Below, one piece after another: positions 48,338 through 61,581 of a stretch of 64,000 nt of DNA. Both the position numbers and the translations under genes were made by a program. The stretch comes from Octopus sinensis. Lineage: Eukaryota. Positions within the stretch are counted from its first letter, which is position 1, and each line of letters starts with the position of its first letter. The notes below the pieces were generated by a model, which made no database searches, had not been told where the DNA came from, and was given only the letters and a program-made list of their open reading frames with translations. The stretch covers positions 20,708,001-20,772,000 of the forward strand of contig NC_043021.1 of the NCBI RefSeq assembly GCF_006345805.1, read 5' to 3'.

Positions 48338-50285
48338 TTGTCAGCAAAAGCGGGATTAGGACATACGTTACAGCTCGGAATTGTATGTCTTTCTTCCAGT
48401 GACTGCGTCGCTCCATTACTCATTGTCCCCAGGAAATCCCTATCTGACACCAGTTGTTCAATATAGGTTATCAGTCCCCTTAGTTCCTCACAATGTACGA
48501 AGGCGTGCGTGACAGTTTCACTGACACGCCCGCACCTCGGGCATGTGGGTGGGGTACCAACGCCATGCCTGACAACCTCCCTCGAACTGACAAGGCTGAT
48601 CGGTAGCACAACTAGGCCAAGGATGTCTGGAAGTTGTCCAGATACTCGGCCCAAATGTTTTCCAAACAGGTTGACAAGCTGTTCCTCTTCGAAGCCTGTC
48701 ACCCCCAGGATGTCGTCGGACATATGCTCTACAACCCGTAGTGGTAGCCCCGCTGCCGGTATTGCTTGTTCGGGAGAACAGAGCGAGTGCATGTCTGCAC
48801 TCCCTCTGCCATTCGCTCATTTTTTGTTCTTCGCGTGATCCATGCGCCCACTTCCGAGGGAACGTCAATTGTGGAAGGAAGAACTTGACATGCGGTGACT
48901 ACACCCGTTCACCATCCAGGTAGAGCCAGTTTTCTCAACCTCAGCGCATCATCAGCCAAGAAATCCCTAACCCACCCTTTAACGGTTTCTGGCAGCACAT
49001 GAGGCGCCTCACAAGTGGTGGTTTCCCATTCCACAAAAAGCGGAAAAGGATCCGTTCCAGCTTGGTCAGCCACTCCCCAGGGCAAGGCACATCGGTTAGG
49101 CGGTTGGTTATAACAGATGCTATAAACACCTGTGCAACCTCGACCCTCCCTAGCAAGGACAGCAACCTCCCAGACCAAGTCTGGGTTATGGCCGTCACCT
49201 TGCCTGTGACCTCGCTCCAGTTTTTCTCCATCTGGAGATCTGGTCCAAACCAGACTCTAAGCAATTTAACCGGGCCCTCCGTCCAATGTCCCACGACGCT
49301 GTTGGGAGACATCGACTTGCCCCTACGGGTGCCGAGTTGCAAGCCGACTGAACTTCCTAGTTATTTTGCTCCTGCCACCTCTTCGTATTTTTTGATGGCC
49401 TCTTCTACACGAGGTAGCTGCCCTTCATCAGACACGATGATGGTGACATCATCCGCATATGCCGTCACTCTCCTACCGTAACATAGATCACGCGGATCTC
49501 CCCGCGTGGCCTCCAATTCCGCAGCAGTGGCTCAAGTGCCAATTAACAGAAGCGGAGGCAGGCCTGGCGAATTGAATGTTCGATCACGAACGGCTTCGAG
49601 AAGAAAAAACCGTTACCCGGACGATTGAATCGATGTCGCTATATACATAGCATTGAACCATCTACGAACAGTCGAGTCCAGTCCAACCGCCCTGAGGACT
49701 GCTCCCAGATACCGATGGTCAACCCTATCGAATCCTTAGACTGGTCTAAATTCACCAGTGCCCTACATTTGCCAGAAATTTTACCCACCCGCTCTATAGT
49801 GTCGTGTATGAGGTGAAGGTTGTCGTGTATTGTCCTGCTGGGATGGCACATGTCTGTGCTTCTCCCACCAGGTCGCCCACTACAGTCTCAATCTCTTGGC
49901 TAACAATTGGCCAAAATCTTTACTCTTGTGTTTAGCAGAGTTATGGGCCTAAAGTTATTAATGTCATTCCCCTGCTCGGGTCCTTCCTGATCAGTGTCAC
50001 TACTCCCCGGCTCACATATTAGGATTCTCCTGTTCTGCTACCATTCGCATATACACCGGCCAGTATGTTCCCGAACAAGTTTGGCATACTCTTATAAAAT
50101 TCGTAAGGAAGACCATCCAGTCCGGGTGACTTGTCCCCCGGGGCACTCAAGAAAGCACCTCTATGACCTCCACAAATGTGATCGCCTTTCATAGCGCTCC
50201 GCCTTACATGCCGAGAGACACGGGCCGCCGGCCAGGAAATCCCGATTGCATCTTTCCAGTGGGTTTCTGGTGCTGGGATCGATAG
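48338..50285 (-). pseudogene. Tx1/L1-clade LINE fragment, copy B
   Basis: Same motifs as copy A. Confidence 0.88.
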
Positions 50286-50651
50286 CTTACGGTCTCGACA
50301 TCTCCCTGTCAGCCGGTTGATGTTGGTCTTGAGCTCTTGGAGAACCTATCGCAGTTTATAAACTTGTTCTCGTGCGAGTGTGTCTTCCCTACATTCGTCC
50401 CCTGTTCTTGGGTGCAAACTATTTGCTCTTACCAAGCCCAATGGTGACTTCCGCCCCCATAGCAATTGGTGGTACTCTGTGACAGGTGTGTGTCTTCAAT
50501 TTCTAAATGCCTGTCAGCCAAATTTTCTCCTACCCAGCTACGGGTGGGTACTAAGCTAGACTATGAGGCTGAAGCCCATGCCACTAGAGCTTTCACTAAC
50601 TTGCCTTCTGAGTCCCCAAAGGTCATCCTTAAACTAGACTTCAAAAACGCC
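50286..50651 (+). pseudogene. CRE-like RT fragment, copy B (3' part deleted)
   Basis: Ends abruptly after KLDFKNA. Confidence 0.78.
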
Positions 50652-51616
50652 ATACGTAATATGTGTATGTATATATATATACACAAAGGCACATAAGCAT
50701 TATTTATAGAAACATATTTCTGCATAGAATATATTATATATTATATAGTATATTCCTTATTTCTTTACTACCCACAAGGGGCTAAACATAGAGGGGGCAA
50801 CAAGGACAGACAACGGATTAAGTCGATTACATCGACCCCAGTGCGTAACTGGTACTTAATTTATCGACCCCGAAAGGAGGATGAAAGGCAAAGTCAACCA
50901 CGGCGGAATTTGAACTCAGAATGTAACGGCAGACGAAATACGGCTACGCATTTCGCCCGGCGCGTGCCAACGATTCTGCCAGCTCGCCGCCCTAATATAT
51001 AGTATATTCTGTGAGAGCTGACACACATAAACAGTGTTTCCATGCCCCTCGTTGTAAAACAGTAAAGTCTTAAAGATTGTTCTTTCGTCTCTTTTCATGG
51101 TACGGCTGCATTAATGAACCCCTATCTCACATATGTCTTCCATGAAAAGAAAGGAAAACCAAAAACTTTAAATAGAACGGATTTACTTTCACTTTAATTT
51201 CCACGAAAAGCATAATCGCGCGCGCACGTCTGTATTTTGTATCCTGGCTATTTCAGATGACGCATTCGTTCCTATCACCTCAAGTCGTCGCTTGCTAAAA
51301 CACTCGCAACTGAAATTATATACATTCACACATCTCAAACAAGCCTTCACCTACAATATTATATTTCAATCAATCACTTCGGATACTATGGAATATTAAT
51401 TAAGACTTCTACACACTACGTTAATCGAATTCTATGCATTAAGTATCGGCAATTTTCCTTGATTACGAACGATCCTTTCGATGTCATTTCTCGACTGAAT
51501 TTAGAAATCCTGGAAAATACATACTGTGAGTAACTTTCCACTCTTGAATTATTTTCAATAGCATCTACGGTATTTCTTTCCACCTGGTACGAAGACTATA
51601 ATACACTCACAACACA

Positions 51617-52024
51617 ATGAGCCTTAGACTCAGTCCAAGCGACATCCGCTATACTCAGATTCAATTGCCTGTAAGTTCCGTAACGGGACAACATTGACAG
51701 AAACCATTTCAGATTTAGTCAAAGGTACAATCACGCCTGACGGCATTCCTGTAATTTCGGTTTACCTAAAGGATGGGAACTAACAGCACTGACAATAGGA
51801 GGCTATACGTTTTCAAAGAGCTGCAAAGTCGGAGTCAACCAGACTTGAAGATAAGGGTTCACGTTACGTCGGCGGCACTACCACCATCGAAGTTCACGAC
51901 GCTTAACGATGGCCAAAGTATAAAAGTCCGAGGACCATCATCAAACAACCGGTTAAGCATGGATTTTGATGACTTATACATGGATTTTGATGACTTATAC
52001 ATGGATTCCGATGATGAATTTTAA
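51617..52024 (+). pseudogene. ParB/Srx-like ORF, copy B (frameshifted as assembled)
   Basis: 1-nt loss near 51657 and 2-nt loss near 51780 relative to A and C; 3' half matches copy C. Confidence 0.7.
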
Positions 52025-55000
52025 AAAAATATTCCATTGCTAAAAGAAAGAAAAAAACAACAAAATCCAAAAAGCACGTTGCCGAATTTTACTGTTCCGA
52101 AAAAACAATCTATAAACTTCAAATTTACCCTCATGTCACCGACAGCATCTCTTCATTTAGAGAAGTGTCAAAAATCCAAAGTCTCTTGTATTTTATTTCA
52201 ATAACCAACTCGCAAACCAAGTCATAATAATTGCCATTATGCAAGGAACAAAACAAAACAAAACAAAAACAATCTTTGCACGGAAAAAGTTAATTTGGGC
52301 GGTGTTTGGTTTCCGTAAGTAGTTTTAGTAAATCTTTACTCCCTACTTTTAAAAACTGTAAATCTAAAAATGGCCGAAAGCGAAAACGTTGCCGAACGAG
52401 TGTGGGACAAAATAAATAAACTAAATAAAAATTTAACCTTTGAAGGTATTTTTTTAATATGCTGGCCATGATAAAATTTCTTTTCGAAAAAATTTCATCC
52501 TATATTAGATGTATATATATATATTGTTAGCCACTACACACATTTTTTTCTCTCCTTGTTTTTTCTGTGTACCTTTCTGTAGAAGAGCGTAGGCTCGAAA
52601 CGTAAAAGACTTTTTCTATTTAACGGGACTCTTCGTTTGCCGAACGACATGCACGAATGATTGTTTATTGTTATCAAATGTTCGTGCCGCATATGAGCTC
52701 CCCCTCTTCAATTGACTTTATCTGAACAGGCACACGGTGTGCACGCGTCAAGTGTTGAAGTGATCGTCGAACATCGCGAGATAAAAGTGATTCAAGGACC
52801 AAAATCGAAAATTCGAAATCTGAAGAACTTCCATTATGAACTAATTACATAATCTCCGCTCTATTCTTCTGTGGGTTGCTAACTCGAGTTTCCGTGTCAA
52901 CAAATATTCACATTCTCTGTGTAATATTTAATTTCTTTAATAGGGCGAATGACGTCCTGTCCTGATTCCAACGCTATACCAATATCGAGGGGTCGCCAAC
53001 CGTCCTCCCCGGCTGAAACTTAAAAAAAAAATGGAGCGGGTACGAAGAGGTTGAATAAAAGTTGGGCGCGTAACTTCGGTATAGGTACCGGAAGTACCAG
53101 ATACATTTCAAGAAGTGTTGTTTTTTTTTTTAAATATGGGAGATGTTAGGAGAAAAGGGTTCTGTTATCTCCAGAAATGTAAACAAAGCCACTTCCGGTA
53201 CCTAAACCGAAGGATCGCCAAAGTTTGAAACTATCTTAACCATATCTGTTTTTTCTTTTGTATTTTTGATAGACTGTAAAAAACGGGGAAAAAATGTAAC
53301 TCAAAAACCCAAAATAATCTTGGGTAAATAAAAATTTGAAAAGAGAAGAAAAAAGGGTGCATTCTTTGTTTTTTGTTCTTTTCTATCGCAAAGTCTGTTG
53401 TGCTAAAAACGGGATTTGAATATATATATTATATATAATATACACACATGTAAGAGCGAAGGTAAGCGAATGTACACACTTTTTTTTTTTTTCAAAATTT
53501 TTTTTTTTTAATATCTGTTTACGATATTGAAGAATACGATTTTGTCCAAAAACCACGCTTTCAAAGTTTTAATTTCTTCCACCCCAATTTCTCAATTATT
53601 AACTTTGTTTTTCGAATTCTTTTTAATCCATGTAGAAAAACAGAGATTACGAATCTGGGATTTAAAAAAAAAAAATTTACCCCCTCCCCCACCCATCACC
53701 TCCCCGCTTTCAAAAAGCTCAAAATTCCCTTGATGTTTCACGCATTCAAAAATCTCAGACCATTACCAGAAAACCCGACATGCTAGAAACAGCAGCTAAC
53801 TAAACACATTATTCTGGAAAAACTTCCTCACTTTCTAAAAAGTTAAAAGTGAAACATTGGGAGTTTTTAGCCTTTTGAAAGTGGGGAGCTGATGGATATT
53901 GAAGTTGGACAAGGAATTTGAGTGTTTTTTTCAAGAAAATTAAAAAAAAAATTCTCAAAGATTCGTAATCTCTCTATATATGTCTACGTGGATTACAAGA
54001 AAGAGAAAAAAATCCAGCGATTAACTCCTCGATTCTTTTGCGTGGGATCAGGTACCATGACCTCCTAATATGCTGCAAATCCCTTATTTTGGTTCGGAAG
54101 AAGAGGGGGACTCCCCGCTTCTCGGAATCATTGGAATTTTTTTTTTTGTTTCGTTGAATGAATTCCTGTGACCTAATATGCTACAAAACCCTTTTTGGGG
54201 TCCGAAAAACGGGGTGGGGTGAGGTGGAAGCCTCGGAAATTTCAACCCCTACCCCCAATTGATCTTTTTACCCGCACGATTTTCACTAAGGAAAAAGAAA
54301 ATAGTAATAAAAATCGGGCCCAAACTAATTTTTGCGTGTGTGTGTGTTGAGAAAGATGAACGATTTAAAACAAATATATCTTAATTGTTGTGTGAGAAAA
54401 TATATATATTCTGATGATAAAATATTGTATCTTTCAAGAGCATCCTAAATTTATAGACTACTAGCAGTATCTCCCGGCTTTGCTCGGGTTTGTAAGGGAA
54501 ATAACTATAAAGAATTTTTAGAGAGTTATAGCAAAAAAATAGCAAAAAATGCATTAAATTCCCCTTCATCAGCTGCCCCTGGTTCGACTCAATGCGTGTT
54601 TCGAAGGTAAAGGCAGGTATATATATATACATATATACGACGGGCTTCTTTTAGTTTCCGTCTACCAAATCCACTCACAAGGCTTTGATCAGCCCGAGGC
54701 TATAGTAGAAGACACTTGCCCAAGGTGCCACGCCGTGGGACTGAACCCAGAACCATGTGGTTGGTAAGCAAGCTACTTACCACACAGCCATTCCTGATGC
54801 AAAAAAAAAATACACACATGACAACACTCACTCTCTCTCTCTCTCTCACCTCCAATTCATATACATCTTTCACTTTCTGCTCTCACTCCAAGGCAAATGC
54901 CGCTGTATATATCGTGCACACACACACAGGCCAAGCGATACGGACCAAGTCTAGATACACATACACAGGCTGACAAGTATTTACTTTCATTTTCGGTTGT

Positions 55001-56089
55001 TGCCGTTCGGCTTTTCCTGCTTACTCACCGCTTTACATTTACACAATGAATTTCATACACACACACACACACACACACACACTCCCATTGACTTTTATGT
55101 CTATGAGTTGAATAGTGAAACACACTGTATGTGTGTGTGTGTGTGTGTGTGTGAATACAAATATATTAAGTGGAACACGCTCGCACGTGTACCTGCTATC
55201 TTCCATGTATACGTACATCAGTGGTTTTCAACCAGGGTTCCGCCAGTACAGTCCAGGGGTTGCGCAAGAAGTTACAAAAATGCTAAAATCGACAGTAATT
55301 TTTAATTCTCCTGTGCAGATATGTGTGCATATAAGACAATTAAATTGTTGCACAGGGGTTCCTCGAGCCAGTGGAACGTTTCCTTGTGGTTCCGCTCCAG
55401 CAAAAAGGTTGAAAAGCACTGCTCTATACATACATAAATACATCGTGCGAGTGTTTCACTATTCATGAAAGTCAATGGGTCCATGTGTGTCTGTCTTTAT
55501 GACTGTGTTTGTTTCAACCCGACCGCTTGACAACCCATTTTCTTTACTACCCCCACAAGGGGCTAAACACAGAGGAGACAAAGAAGGACAGGCGGATTAA
55601 GTCGATTATATCGACCCAGTGCGTGACCGGTACTTAATTTATCGCTGGCAGAACCGTTAGCACGCCGGGCAAAATACTTAGCGTAATTTCGTCTGTCTAC
55701 ATGTTCTGAGTTCAAATTCTGCCGAGGTCGACTTTGCCTTTCATCCTTTCGGGGTCGATAAATTAAGTACCAGTTACGCACTGGGGTCGATGTAATCGAC
55801 TCGATCTGTTGGTCTGTCTTTCTTTGTTCCCTCTATGTTTAGCCCCTTGTGGGTAAATAAAGAAATAGGTACTTAATTTATCCACATCGAAAAGATGAAA
55901 GGGAAAGTCAACCTCGGCATCATCACCTCATTTTACATGTCTCTGTAAATTTTGGAGTCAATCCGACGGGATCTAGTGGCCTTTAACCCGTTCTCAATGC
56001 CAAAATCAGACGGAAAAACAAACAAACAAATTTTTCGCATTTCAGTTATATAAATAGAGGAGATATTTATATATATATATATATATATA

Positions 56090-56268
56090 TAGGGAGAGTT
56101 TACGAAAAAAAACAAAAGACGAAGACAGGTGGTGTACAAAACAAACAGATGTATTAGTATAACGCTCAGGAATAGGAAAAGTCTTTTACGTTTCGAGCCT
56201 ACGCTCTTCTACAGAAAGAGACACAGAAAAAACAAGGAGAGAAAAAAATGTGTGTAGTGGCTAACGAT
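56090..56268 (-). mobile_element. Penelope-type element with a hammerhead-like motif (56182-56219)
   Basis: Reverse complement of the 18085 family with a TCTTT/AAAGA stem I; abuts (TA)n. Confidence 0.65.
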
Positions 56269-56465
56269 CAATCATGGCGGAAACCACAAATTAACCAACA
56301 CATCGATTGGACCACGTTTATAGCTTATTTTTTAAAACAAAGCACGACATGAGAAAATAGGTGATGTAACATATCTTACGGCTGTTTCTGATCGGATTGC
56401 CTAAATGCTGTCTATAAATAAACGCGAGAATAAAGTTCATCTTCATAGCGAATTCGAATTAAGGC

Positions 56466-56617
56466 TGTGGTGTGTGCGAGAGATTCGAAATAAAGGAACC
56501 TACCTTCTCTTCGATCTGATGGAGACCCTTCAGTGGTAACAGATCCTTTGACACAGCCCGACCCGAACGCTAGAGACAGCAGCTGCTTCGCTCAAACTTA
56601 GCAACGTGTTCACCCGT
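56466..56617 (-). repeat. Gypsy LTR fragment (matches 3628-3777)
   Basis: Same as the 48185 fragment. Confidence 0.9.
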
Positions 56618-58570
56618 TTGTCAGCAAAAGCGGGATTAGGACATACGTTACAGCTCGGAATTGTATGTCTTTCTTCCAGTGACTGAGTTGCTCCATTACT
56701 CATGGTCCCCAGGAAATCCCTATCTGACACCAGTTGTCCGATATAGGTTATCAGTCCCCTTAGTTCCTCACAATGTACGAAGGCGTGCGTGACAGTTTCA
56801 CTGACACGCCCGCACCTCGGGCATGTGGGTGGGGTACCAACGCCATGCCTTGACAACCTCCCTCGAACTGACAAGGCTGATCGGTAGCACAACTAGGCCA
56901 AGGATGTCTGGAAGTTGTCCAGATACCTCGGCCCGAATGTCCTTCCGAACAGGTTGACAAGCTGTTCCTCTTCGAAGCCTAGTCTCCCCCAGGATGTCGT
57001 CGGACATATGCTCTACCAACCCGTAGTGGTAGCCCCGCTGCCGGTATTGCTTGTTCGGGAGAACAGAGCGAGTGCATGTCTGCACTCCCTCTGCCATTCG
57101 CTCATTTTTGTTCTCCGCGTGATCCATGCGCCCACGTCCCGAGGGAACGTCAATTGTGGAAGGAAGAACTTGACATGCGGTGACTACAGACGTTCACCAT
57201 CCAGGTAGAGCCAGTTTTCTCAACCTCAGCGCATCATCAGCCAAGGCATCCCTAACCCACCCTTTAACGGTTTCTGGCAGCACATGAGGCGCCTCACAAG
57301 TGGTGGTTTCCCATTCCACAAAAAGCGGAAAAGGATCCGTTCCAGCTTGGTCAGCCACTCCCCAGGGCAGGGCACATCGGTTAGGCAGTTGGTTATCACA
57401 GATGCTATAAACACCTGTGCAACCTCGGCCCTCCCTAGCAAGGATAGCAACCTCCCAGATCAAGTCTGGGTTATGGCCGTCACCTTGCCTGTGACCTCGC
57501 TCCAGTTTTTCTCCATCTGGAGATGTGGTCCAAACCAGACTCCAAGCAATTTAACCGTCCAACGTCCCACGAAGCTGTTTGGAGACATCGACTTGCCCCT
57601 ACGGGTGGCGAGGTGCAAGCCGACTGATACTTCCTAGTTAATTTTTGCTCCTGCCACCTCTCCGTATCTTTTGATGGCCTCTTCTACACGAGGTAGCTGC
57701 CTTTCATCAGACACGATGATGGTGACATCATCCGCATATCCCGTCACTCTCCTACCGTAACATAGATCACGCCGATCTCCCCGCGTGGCCTCCAAATTCC
57801 GCAGCAGTGGCTCAAATGCCAATACATACAGAAGCGGAGGCAGGCCTGGCGAATTGAACGTTCGATCACGAACGGCTTCGAGAAGAAACCGTTTACCCGG
57901 ACGATTGAATCGATGTCGCTATACATAGCATTGAACCATCTACGAACAGTCGAGTCCAGTCCAACCGCCCTGAGGACTGCTCCCAGATACCGATGGTCAA
58001 CCCTATCGAATGCCTTAGACTGGTCTAAATTCACCAGTGCCCTACATTTGCCAGAAATTTTACCCACCCGCTCTATAGTGTCGTGTATGAGGTGAAGGTT
58101 GTCGTGTATTGTCCTGCCTGGGATGGCACATGTCTGTGCTTCTACCACCAGGTCGCCCACTACAAGTCTCAATCTCTTGGCTAACACTTGGCCAAAATCT
58201 TTAACTCTGTGTTTAGCAGAATTATCGGCCTAAAGTTATTAATGTCATTCCCCTTGCTCGGGTCCTTCCTGATCAGTGTCACTACTCCCCGGCTCACATA
58301 TTTAGGGATTCTCCTGTTCTGCTAGCAGTTCGCATATACACCGGCCAGTATGTTCCCGAACAAGTTTGGCATACTCTTATAAAATTCGTAAGGAAGATCA
58401 TCCAGTCCGAGCGACTTGTCCCCGGGGCACTCAGAAAGCACCTCTATGACCTCCACAAATGTGATCGGCCTTTCATAGCGCTCCGCCTTACATGCCGAGA
58501 GACACGGGCCGCCGGCCAGGAAATCCCGATTGCATCTTTTCCAGTGGGTTTCTGGTGCTGGGATCGATAG
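56618..58570 (-). pseudogene. Tx1/L1-clade LINE fragment, copy C
   Basis: ORFs 57744-58187, 57634-57822 (YADD), 57226-57450 and 56530-56892 (zf-RVT). Confidence 0.9.
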
Positions 58571-59790
58571 CTTACGGTCTCGACATCTCCCTGTCAGCCG
58601 GTGATGCTGGTCTTGAGCTCTTGGAGAACCTATCGCAGTTTATAAACTTGTTCTCGTGCGAGTGTGTTCTTCCCTACATTCGTCCCCTGTTCTTTGGTGC
58701 CAAACTATTTGCTCTTACCAAGCCCAATGGTGACTTCCGCCCCATAGCAATTGGTGGTACTCTGCGACAGGTGTGTCTGTCTTCAATTTCTAAATGCCTG
58801 TCAGCCAAATTTTCTCCTACCCAGCTACGGGTGGGTACTAAGCTAGACTATGAGGCTGAAGCCCATGCCACTAGAGCTTTTACTAACTTGCCTTCTGAGT
58901 CCCCAAAGGTCATCCTTAAACTAGACTTCAAAAACGCCTTCAATTCCATCAGTTGGGATGTCATCTTCCGTGTAGTAAGGGAGACTGCTCAAAACCTCTA
59001 TCACTTTGCTTGGCAAGCTTATCGGGAGCCCTCCAACCTCGCCTTTGGTGACCACCTCATCCCACCTGTCTTTGAAGTCCAACAGGATGACCCACTTGAA
59101 CCATATTTATTATTATTGTCTTTTTTTTATCATCAAACTAGCAGTATCGCCCGGCGTTGCTCGGGTTTGTAAGGGAAATAACTATATAAGCATTTTTAGA
59201 GAGTTATAACAAAAAAATGCATTAAAAATGGAAAAAAATGATGGTGAATTTTTTTTTAATCGTTGACTCATCGTAGACATTTTTAGAGAGTTACTTCCCT
59301 TATATATTAGCGAAAAAAATGCATTAAAATGGAAAAAAATGATGGTAAATTTTTTTTTAATCGTAGACTCATCGTAGACGCGCGCTAATACCCAGAAGGC
59401 CTCGATATGAATCACGACTATAAGATACCCGGTTTTGGTTAAACTGCACCGCAAAATGTGGGAGTAGTTAGGAATATAAATCGTAGGAGACAGACACACA
59501 ACCTCTCTTTTATATATAAAGATATTGATCTGTCAAAGATATTGATTAGTGAATACAGGGGTGGGTGGGCAAATGCAGACATACAGTTGTTTGACCCTTC
59601 AGTATTCAGATTATTCTATCAAATGTAATATTTTCTTTTATTCATGTCGTTTTGAAGTTATCCTGAAATTAACAGGATGACCCACCCACTTGGACCTTCT
59701 CTATTTGCCCTGGCTATTGACGATGTTATCAAGATGGGAGCTGACCTAGACTTGAATGTCTGGTATCTTGACAATGCTTGTTTGGGGGCT
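58571..59790 (+). pseudogene. CRE-like RT fragment, copy C (longest), with nested inserts
   Basis: ORF 58492-59172: DISLSAGDAGLELLENLSQFINL...GAKLFALTKPNGDFRPIAIG...LDFKNAFNS; WYLDN motif near 59760. Confidence 0.82.
59138..59522 (-). mobile_element. Non-autonomous Helitron, 385 bp, present only in unit C
   Basis: Minus strand A|TC...CCCGAGCAACGCCGGG hairpin...CTAG|T; empty AT site in unit A near 42237. Truncated 3' ends at ~47813 and ~54461. Confidence 0.92.
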
Positions 59791-61170
59791 CCTGCATTGA
59801 TATTTTTTTCTTTCTCCTTTTAGTTTTTGTAAAATACATTCCTTTTCATTGAATTATTTTAAATGATATCAGTTTATACAACAAAATAAGAGACGGAAAA
59901 TGGGATTTCACGAGAGTCTCTTCTCATATACATTTTTACGTATCTTTTTATAGTTTTTATAAACTTCTTTGAGAGGAAGTGTCTCTTTTCTATCAGTTCC
60001 TTAAGGGGACACTAGAATATTGCAACAACTAAGCAAAACGATGACTAAAAAACGAGGTACTTATTCAAGAAGTCACCTAAGGGGACAGACACAATCTACA
60101 CCTGTGATGTAAGACAATTGACTGTACAGTATCTCGCCTGCAAGGTACAGGGATATATATGTATATATATATGTGTGTATGTATATATGTATGTATATAC
60201 ATATACTACGTAATATATGTGTATGTATATATATACACACAAAGGCACATAAGCATTATTTATAGAAACATATTTCTGCATAGAATATATATATATTATA
60301 TAGTATATTCCTTATTCTTTACTACCCACAAGGGGCTAAACATAGAGGGGGCAAACAAGGACAGACAAACGGATTAAGTCGATTACATTGACCCCAGTGC
60401 GTAACTGGTACTTAATTATCGACCCCGAAAGGATGAAAGGCAAAGTCAACCACGGCGGAATTTGAACTCAGAATGTAACGGCAGACGAAATACGGCTACG
60501 CATTTCGCCCGGCGTGCCAACGATTCTGCCAGCTCGCCGCCCTAATATATAGTATATTCCTGTGAGAGCTGACACCATAAACAGTGTTTCCATGCCTCTC
60601 GTTGTAAAACAGTAAAGTCTCAAAGATTGTTCTTTCGTCTCTTTTCATGGTACGGCTGCATTAACGAACTCCTATCTCACATGTCTGTTCCGTGAAAAGA
60701 AAGGAAAAACCGAAAACTATAAACAGAACGAATTTACTTTCACTTTAATTTCCACGAAAAGCATAATCGCGCGCGCACGTCTGTATTTTATATCCTGGCT
60801 ATTTCAGATGACGCATTCGCTTCCTATCACCTCAAGTCGTCGCTTGCTAAACGCACTCGCAACTGAAATTATATACATTCACAACATCTCAAGCCTTCAC
60901 TTCTACAATATTATATTTCAATCAATCACTTCGGATACTATGAATATTAATTAAGACTTCTACACACTACGTTAATCGAATTCTATGCATTAAGTATCGG
61001 CAATTTTCCTTGATTACGAACGATCCTTTCGATGTCATTTCTCGACTGAATTAGAAATCCTGGAAATATACATACTGTGAGTAAACTTTCCACTCTTGAA
61101 TTATTTTCAATAGCATCTACGGTATTTCTTTCCACCTGGTACGAAGACTATATATACACTCACAAACACA

Positions 61171-61581
61171 ATGAGCCTTAGACTCAGTCCAAGCGACATC
61201 CGCTATACTCAAGATTCAATTGCCTGTAAGTTCCGTAACGGGACAACATTGACAGAAACCATTTCAGATTTAGTCAAAGGTACAATCACGCCTGACGGCA
61301 TTCCTGTAATTTCGGTTTACCTAAAGGATGGGAAATACTACAGCACTGACAATAGGAGGCTATACGTTTTCAAAGAGCTGCAAAGTCGGAGTCAACCAGA
61401 CTTGAAGATAAGGGTTCACGTTACGTCGGCGGCACTACCACCATCGAAGTTCACGACGCTTAACGATGGCCAAAGTATAAAAGTCCGAGGACCATCATCA
61501 AACAACCGGTTAAGCATGGATTTTGATGACTTATACATGGATTTTGATGACTTATACATGGATTCCGATGATGAATTTTAA
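61171..61581 (+). CDS. ParB/Srx-like small protein, copy C (136 aa)
   Basis: Intact ORF; first 71 codons identical to copy A; tail contains a 21-nt tandem repeat (MDFDDLY x2). Confidence 0.75.
   Translation: MSLRLSPSDIRYTQDSIACKFRNGTTLTETISDLVKGTITPDGIPVISVYLKDGKYYSTDNRRLYVFKELQSRSQPDLKIRVHVTSAALPPSKFTTLNDGQSIKVRGPSSNNRLSMDFDDLYMDFDDLYMDSDDEF

Larger units (their letters stand above)
48113..54760. repeat. Tandem segmental duplication, unit B
   Basis: Starts at GGATTGCCTAAATG like unit C; ~880-bp deletion at 50651; many 1-bp indels. Confidence 0.93.

Noticed and set aside
61501-61570. CRISPR-like or other spacer array
   Set aside because: The 21-nt repeats are directly adjacent coding repeats without spacers; no repeat-spacer array was seen anywhere in the window.
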